From the NCBI GenBank assembly GCA_002269645.1, contig NIVC01003934.1, forward strand, positions 4,920-68,919: DNA of 64,000 nucleotides, given 5' to 3'. Made by a program: the position numbers and the translations under genes. This DNA is from Macrostomum lignano. Lineage: Eukaryota. Position 1 is the first letter of the stretch. Each line of letters begins with the position of its first letter. The notes under the pieces were generated by a model, which saw only the letters and a program-made list of their open reading frames with translations, made no database searches and was not told the DNA's origin. Below, piece by piece: positions 57,401 to 64,000 of the stretch.

Positions 57401-60400
57401 CGACTCCACTGCCGCCGCTAGCGGCGCCGTTGGCGCTCAAATGAGCGTAGCGATCTGAGAGCAGATCGCGGATTGCTTCCACAAAATTTCTACTGGCGTT
57501 CGGATGGCTGCGGTTGAGAAATCGGTTATGAATGGGGATTTATTTTTCTAAGAAATAGGAATCGCGCTAAGGCCAATAACTAAGAATCAGATAATTCATG
57601 TTTCTAAGAATCAGATAATTCGTATTTCTAAGAATCAGATAATTCGTGTTTCTAAGAATCAGATGATTCATGTTTCTAAGAATCAGATAATTCGTGTTTC
57701 TAAGAATTGGATAATTCATGTTTCTAAGAATTGGATAATTCATGTTTCTAAGAATTGGATAATTGATCTTTTAAAAAATGGGGTTTTTAGCCTAGTGGTC
57801 AGAGCGTCGGACTCACGACTTAAAGGTCGGGAGTTCGATTCCCGATTCTACTTGGAACACTTTGTGTCCTTGAGCAAGACACAAACTCTGCATTGCTTCA
57901 GTTCACGCAGCTGTAAAATGGGTGCCAGCATTAGCTGGGGTAATTGAGGGTTGGCGACCCCCAGTCCTTGGACTGAACAGCCGTACGCAGCCTTCAGATG
58001 CGCCGCGCAATAGCTGTGGCTGAGCTGTCTCGGTTGCACATCTGGCCATTAGGGCAGGTGTAATCAGTTATTGCTATTATTAACATTATCATTATCTCTA
58101 CATATAAAAATCAAAACTCTGTCTGTCTGTCTGTCTGTGGACAATTTTGATCGCTATGGACTCCCAAACCGCTTAACTAAATGACACCAAACTTTACACC
58201 CACCCTAAACTTACTACGGAGAATGTCTTAGGCTACCTTTAAATTTCCTAGACTCAAGTCTTCCTACCTTAAAGTACAAAAAACTGCTCAAAATGCGCAA
58301 TTTTTTTACTTAATCCTCCATAGCGCCGCTCCACTTCTACCGATCCTCTTCAAATTTGACACAATCAATCTTCAACTATTTTGACACAATCGTGTAAAGT
58401 TTTGAGTCTCAAAGTTAATCCTGAATGGCGCTGGGCACTTTTTAAGTTAGGCTGTTTTTTTCAGCGAGGCAGCCACCCCAACCTCCGCCCTCCTGCCTCT
58501 CTTTCCCGATCTGGGCAAAGGGTGCAAATAGGTTTTTTAATGACTAACTTTGGGCTGCCATACGTTTGCTTCACGTGAAGCGATTGACTTCAAACTTGAC
58601 ACAAATCTTTATTGACTTATTCTCTGTCCAAATATAAAGTCTCAACTTTGTATCTCAACCAGAACAGAAACTGTAAGCATGTGAAGTTTGTCTGCTTTTT
58701 CTGTTGTTTGCCGCTCATCCAACTCATTCCCCAGACGAAGGATCAGGCGATAGGGCTCAATGTACATAGCGAATGTACAGTGTTTTGGAATAACTTTTTA
58801 ATAGCCTTCTCTGTCCCCCGCGAGTGGAGAGGCGTAGAGAAGAGAGACAGTTTAGCTAGAGATTCAAACCACTGTCCTCTGAATAGACACAAGTCTGCAG
58901 CAGTTTAACAGTGGATGGCAAATCAAGAGTCAAGACAATGTGGGATGGTTTGTAAAAATAGCGAAAAATTAATTAATAACTGATTACAATTACAATGCAA
59001 TCCTTACTAAATTAGTTTGTTGTTAGAGCATGAAGCTTTTAACATTAAGATTCGCATAAGGTAACTTTAAAATTTAAATGGCTCCTAAGAAATGCGTATT
59101 TCCTTGGTTGTTAGACTGCTGCAGAGTGCATGCTCTAATTATAAAGTCTCAACTCTGTAACTCTACCAGAACAGAAACTGTAAGCGTGAGAAGTTTGGCT
59201 GTTTTTTCTGGTGTTAGGCCGCTCCCTCTTACTCATTCCCCCAGAACAAAGGGGTAGGCCAGCAGTGTATAGTGATTTGGAAATTAACTTGACTTTATTG
59301 CGCCCCTCCCCCGGCCCAGTCAGCACAGTGGAAAAGGCTTTGGTTAGAACTTCTCACCAAACTGTTCTAAGCTTGCCCAACCTGCCAACCAGCAGTTTGT
59401 AAAAGTTTGCAAAAGCAAAAAATCTCTGAAAAAGCGATATAGATATAGTTCTACTGAATAAGTAACAAAAAATGCAAATTTTAACATTTCTTAAGTTTTA
59501 CTTAAGCCACTTAAAATAAAAAATTTTAAATGCCAGATTCAGTGCAGTACAGTACAGCAGAAAGAGAGCAAGCCTCTCACTCATTTCCCCATACCAGGGT
59601 CAGTGTGCATGCAACAATGTAGTGTTTCGAACTTTCGAACAACTTGAATTCTCTCTGCCCCAGTGAAGAGGCTATAAGATAGACGATAATAGGAGAGACG
59701 AGGGGTAAGGAGAGAGTAGACAGCAGAGTATATGGGAGGAAGAAGCAAGAGGAGGGGAGAGAGGAGGGAGAGGAAATAGTAAAGGTGAGAAGAGGGAGAG
59801 AGAAGAGGGGAGAGATGAGACAGAGGATCGATGGGTGAGGAGAGTAGAGAAGAGTGATAAGAGAGTAGAGATGAGAGAACAGAGAGAAGATGAGAGAGGA
59901 TCGAGAGGAGAGATTAGAGAGGGTAGGGAAGAGAGTAGATAAGAGGGGGAGAGAGGAGTGAGAAGAGAGTTGAGAAAGAAGGGATGGAAGGGAAGAGTAA
60001 AGGAAAGAGGAGGAGAGATGAAAGAGATGAGATTATAGAGATGGGAGAGATGAAAGGAAAGATGAGAGAGTAGAGATGAGAGATGAAGGAAGAGAGAGCA
60101 GAGTGCAGAGAGACGGGAGAAGAGAATAGAGGGGAGAGAGTATACAAGAGGGAAAGAGAAGAGTACACAGGAGAGAGGAGAGTAGAGATGACAGAGGAGA
60201 AAGGGGGATGAGAGAGCAAAGGTGAGAGTGAACAGACGATTTATGAGAGAAGAGAGGAGAGTGGAGAGAGAAGTGTGGAGAGAGAAGAGAGAAGACAAGA
60301 GAGGGAGAGAGTATAGAAGAGGGAAGAGAAGAGAAGAGAAGAAAGGAGAAAGAAAAGAGAGGAGTCAAAAGAGGGGAAAAAGAAGAGTACAGAGGAGAGA

Positions 60401-60659
60401 GGTGAGAGAACACACGAGTATAAGAGAGTAATGACAGATGAGAGAGGGGAGATAAGAGAGCAGAAACAAGAGTGAACAGACGAGAGATGGGAGAGTAGAG
60501 AGAAAAGAGGAGAGGTGAGACAAGGGGAGAGAGAAGTGAGTGAGGAAGAGGAGGGGAGGGGAGGGGAGAGAATCGAGAGGACAGGGAAAGAGGGGAAAGG
60601 ATGAGAGAGGAGAGGAAAGAGGGGAAAGATTAGAGAGAAGACAGATGAGACAGGAGAGA

Positions 60660-60707
<48 letters not shown>

Positions 60708-63700
60708 AGAGAGAGAGAGAGGGAGAGAGAGAGAGAGAAGCAACCAGAGAGTAATGGGAAGAGATAAGAGAGAAAAGAGGTGAGGAAAGAGATGAGAGGA
60801 GAGAGTGGAGAGAGGAGAGGAGAGAGTTGAGAGAAGAGATGAGAAAGGGGAGAGGAGTAGATGAAGGAAGTGTTGAAAGGGTAGAGTAAGGAGTGAGAAG
60901 AGAAGAGAAGGAAGAGACAAGAGACGAGAGAGAAGAGAAGAAACAGAAGAGAAGATAGAAATTTCAAAGGATCCGAGGGCATAGGGAGACAGAGAGGCAG
61001 ATACAGAGGCCAGCCAGACTGCCAGAGTTTGCCTGACATTCTGCGCAGCACCCTAGCCAACAATATCAATGTTTGCCTCAAATCCTAATTTTACACAAAT
61101 GTGTACTCTATTTTATGTTTAACTCTTTCGTAACTATTAACAAGTTTTTGTTTGAGTTAGACCTCAGATTTTAGAATACATGCAAAAAGTTCCGGGATTG
61201 AAATTCCCGGGTTCAAAATCCGCGGGTTTCAACAGCTTGTTATTATTAAGAATCAAAAAGTTTCTATTTCTAAGAATCAGACAGTTTATGTTTCTAAGAA
61301 ATTGTTAATTCTTGTGTCTAAAAATCGGGTAATTCCTTTTTCTAAGAACTGGTTGTTTAATGTTCGTAGAAACCTTGTATTTTTTGTTTTTAAGAATCGG
61401 ATAGCTTAAATTTCTTAGAAACGAAATTCGTGTTTTTTTAAAATTGGATCACTAAAATTCTAAGAATCCCGCATTTTCTTCTTATAAACGGATAAAATTG
61501 TTATTTTGGGAATCGGACGTTAACTGTAAGTTTCTGAGAATCGAACAATTCACTTTTCTAAGAATCGAATAGCCTATGCTTCTAAGAAACAGAAAATTCG
61601 TATTTCTAAAAATCGGATAGTTTAGGTATCCGTTTGTGTTCATGCTTTATGATTGGATTCTATTCATTAATAGAATGGCAAATTTGTCTTTTTAGATTTA
61701 GAATAGACAAAACTCCTATACACAGACAGTTCAGCCGCAGCTATTGCGCGTGCAGTCTAAAGGCTGCGTACGGCTGTTCAGTCCAATGACTGGGGGGTCG
61801 CCACTCCCACACACACGCTCAATCACCCCAGCTAATACTGGCACCCATTTTACAGCTGGGTGAACTGAAGCAATGCAGAGTGAAGTGTCTTGGTCAAGGA
61901 GACGCAAATTGTTCCGAGTGGGATCGGGAATCGAACTCCCGACTTTTAAGTCGTGAGATCGACGCTCTTAACTCCTAGGCTGCAACCCCCTTAGGCTACA
62001 ATACATTTGACATCAGCAATACCAGCCAATCTAATGAAGCCATCGGTACTTACAAGCTCTCTCCAGCCAATTTACTATCCGCCGTATTAACCACCACAGC
62101 ATTGCGCTCGCCGCACATGTCGATCTGCATCCCGACGCCGGCGTCCATAGTGCACTCGTCAATGAATCCGCCGTGATGATCATCGTCCGCGTCTAGGTGA
62201 TCAGCAGGCGGCTGCTCGGATAATCATCATCCTCTGGCGGCGGCAGTCTGGCAACAAAATCGGCCAGAAGGCGCTCTGATCTGCTGCACCGCCGCCGAAT
62301 GTGAGGTCGTTTAGGCCGCCGCAATTTTACGTAGGAAAGAAAATCGCCTAAGCAAAGCAGAGCACTGATTATTTGCTTCGTCTTCGTCTTCTTCTTGTAG
62401 GACGCTGCTGTCAAGGCGATTAGCAACCGTTGCTAAGCGGTTACTAATGTCAACATCTTCCAATCGGCATTGCTGCTTATTAGAAGAAGAAAGACGTCTT
62501 GATTAGCCGACTCGCAGGCGCCAATACAAACTGACGCGTCGCTATCCAGCAGAATCTCGCACGCATTGTCAACCACGTAGACATTGTTGAGTCTTCTTTC
62601 TCCCGTGCCGCCATCGTCATAAGCGACGCCTGCTGTTGGAAGAGCGGATCAACGTCGAATTCAAACTGGGTTTTCAGCGAATCCGAGCCAGATTAGATGC
62701 GATCACAGCTTTCTGGCGGCGCTTCCCGTTCGGCCGCAGCTTTGCGCCTGTTGCCCGACATTGGCCTGTCTCATCGTCGTCGGCCTCGCCAGCGTTGCTC
62801 CGTCATCGTCGCTGTGATGTCGTTGTCATTGGACTTTTTCTCTGCAGAAGTTTGGACCGGCCAAGCCCGCCAAGAACTTTGTAGGCCTCGTGGTGGACTG
62901 CGTCTACCCGACCGGCGTAGATTTTGGCGCCAGCGTCTAGGAGCTGGAGGCCACCTGGCGGTTGCGGCGGTGATTTCAGGAGACTCGTTAGTTTGGTTGC
63001 TATGCAATTTTTTGTGAATTCTTCATCTTAATTAGACATAAGGCTGGCCCAGTAACTGAGGATCTGGGGCTGGCTCAGAAACTGAAGATCTGGGAGGCTG
63101 GTCAGAACTGAGGATCTGGAGGCTGGCCCAGCAACTGAGGATCTGGGAGGCTGGCTCAGAAACTGAGGATCTGGGAGGCTGGCCCAGCAACTGAGGATCT
63201 GGAGGCTGGCTCAGAAACTGAAGATCTGGGAGGCTGATGGCCCAGCAACTGAGGATCTGGGAAGCTGATGGCCCAGCAACTTGGGATCTGGGAGGCTGGC
63301 CCAGCAACTGAGGATCTGGGAGGCTGGCCCAGCAACTGAGGATCTGGGAGGCTGGCTCAGCAACTGATGATCTGGGAGGCTGGCCCAGCAACTGAGGATC
63401 TTGTAGGCTGGCCCAGCAACTGAGGATCTGGTAGGCTGGCCCAGCAACTGAGGATCTGGGAGGCTGGCTCAGCAACTGATGATCTGGGAGGCTGGCCCAG
63501 CATCTGGGGATCTGGGAGGCTGATGCCCAGCAACTGAGGATCTGAATGGCTGCCCAGCAACTGAGGATCTGGGAGGCTGCCCAGCAACTGAGGATCTTAA
63601 AGGCTGCATGGCCCAGCAACTGAAAACAAGCAACACAAATTTAAAATTCTAAGCGAATGCCACTCACTGGAAGCCGCCAAAGTTCTCCTGTTTAACCATG

Positions 63701-63994
63701 CCATCCAGATAGTCAATCAAATGCAGAGCAAAGGCATTTTTTGCAGAAATTTTCCCTTCAGCAGACAATTTAATGCAGTCCTCATAGTGCTCAGTGAGCT
63801 GCTTAGGGCGACATGCCATGCAGAGCGCCTTTATTTGGTGCGTTCTCTTTGTTGCCTTCAGCCGCCGGCCAGTCGCTGGCGCCGCAGACGCAGCTGAGAG
63901 CAGGTCGGCCGCGTGCGACGCGACGACGGTTGCGTCGCTGCTCCTCAATCACTTCGACTCCACGGCCCGTCTGGATTTCCTCCTCCGTCTGCAT
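51405..63994 (-). CDS. NCAPH: Condensin I kleisin subunit (CAP-H/barren), 6 exons, several frameshifts
   Basis: Exons 63994-63668, 62954-62054, 57507-56949, 54453-54136, 53331-52990, 51617-~51405. Motifs [103 protein letters not shown] and [18 protein letters not shown]|TLHL match kleisin-gamma. The true start may lie beyond the window. Confidence 0.93.
51648..51936. repeat. 18/20-bp minisatellite ctgggatctgaggacact(ct)
   Basis: Direct reading. Confidence 0.93.
52015..52927. repeat. 42-44-bp satellite gagaccggaagtgagataatcc(g/a)ct(c/g)aaaatatggat
   Basis: Direct reading. Confidence 0.94.
53422..54082. repeat. 18-bp minisatellite, same family as 51648-51936
   Basis: Direct reading. Confidence 0.93.
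54580..56085 (+). mobile_element. 5'-truncated non-LTR retrotransposon (late RT + RNase H + Zn knuckle; I-group, LOA-like), degenerate
   Basis: [16 protein letters not shown]...[22 protein letters not shown]; RNase H pieces in shifted frames ([30 protein letters not shown]); [16 protein letters not shown]; TAAGT-type tail; 7-bp TSD gagataa at 54573-54579 and 56086-56092. Confidence 0.9.
56086..56925. repeat. 43-bp satellite, continuation after the LINE
   Basis: Same unit as 52015-52927 and 54485-54579. Confidence 0.94.
57565..57770. repeat. 22-bp minisatellite tttctaagaatcagataattc(a/g)tg; resumes degenerate at 61245-61620
   Basis: Direct reading. Confidence 0.88.
57780..58094 (+). mobile_element. 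tRNA-derived CORE-like SINE, copy 3, with its TTA-rich tail split by a Helitron-like element
   Basis: A box tagcctagtgg, B box agttcgattcc, CORE-like centre. Confidence 0.85.
58095..61239 (+). mobile_element. Non-autonomous Helitron-like element, copy 2 (3.1 kb)
   Basis: A|TC...CAGCTTG|T, same 3' hairpin, colinear with copy 1; internal partial duplication at ~59135-59430. Confidence 0.75.
61726..61990 (-). mobile_element. tRNA-derived CORE-like SINE, copy 4
   Basis: Same family as copies 1-3. Confidence 0.85.
63040..63622. repeat. 22-25-bp minisatellite ggctggcccagcaactgaggatctggga in NCAPH intron 1
   Basis: Direct reading. Confidence 0.93.
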
Positions 63995-64000
63995 TGGAGC

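Noticed and set aside
57780-57850. tRNA gene (also the heads at ~9780-9843, ~42980-43052 and ~61920-61990)
   Set aside because: A/B boxes are present, but the acceptor and anticodon stems do not pair and each continues into a shared SINE body.
63803-63994. Separate 63-aa gene
   Set aside because: It is the N-terminus of NCAPH, shifted by one base at 63806-63808.

Overview
Eukaryotic (animal) genomic DNA, very rich in simple repeats and with spliceosomal GT-AG introns. The style suggests a free-living flatworm such as Macrostomum (inference only). Genes read by hand: (1) a PAN/apple + fibrinogen-C protein (1-1068, +, 5' end outside the window); (2) a 2-exon ~207-aa ankyrin protein (2556-3257, +); (3) a TRPA1 channel gene on the minus strand, 11 exons from 16960 to 4222, with the transmembrane exons apparently left of the window. 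It carries a tRNA/CORE-SINE at an exon acceptor, a frameshift and an in-frame TAA, so it may be a pseudogene; (4) an intact intronless CYP2-clan P450 (13029-14546, -) nested on the same strand in TRPA1 intron 3; (5) a protocadherin (23053-38209, +) with a giant ectodomain+TM exon and a C-terminal PDZ ligand ETSFV; (6) an intronless divergent HMG-box gene (47413-48120, -); (7) condensin I kleisin NCAPH/barren (51405-63994, -) with several homopolymer frameshifts. Mobile DNA: four CORE-like SINEs, two ~3-kb non-autonomous Helitron-like elements, hAT-type MITEs (one inflated by a 20-bp minisatellite, with an 8-bp TSD), and a 5'-truncated RT+RNase H LINE with a 7-bp TSD inserted in a 43-bp satellite. 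There are more than 25 micro- and minisatellite arrays. No CRISPR, rRNA or true tRNA was found. Several frameshifts are probably assembly errors. I see no clearly new biological system; the best leads are the TRPA1 nested-gene/lesion complex and the transposon-satellite architecture.
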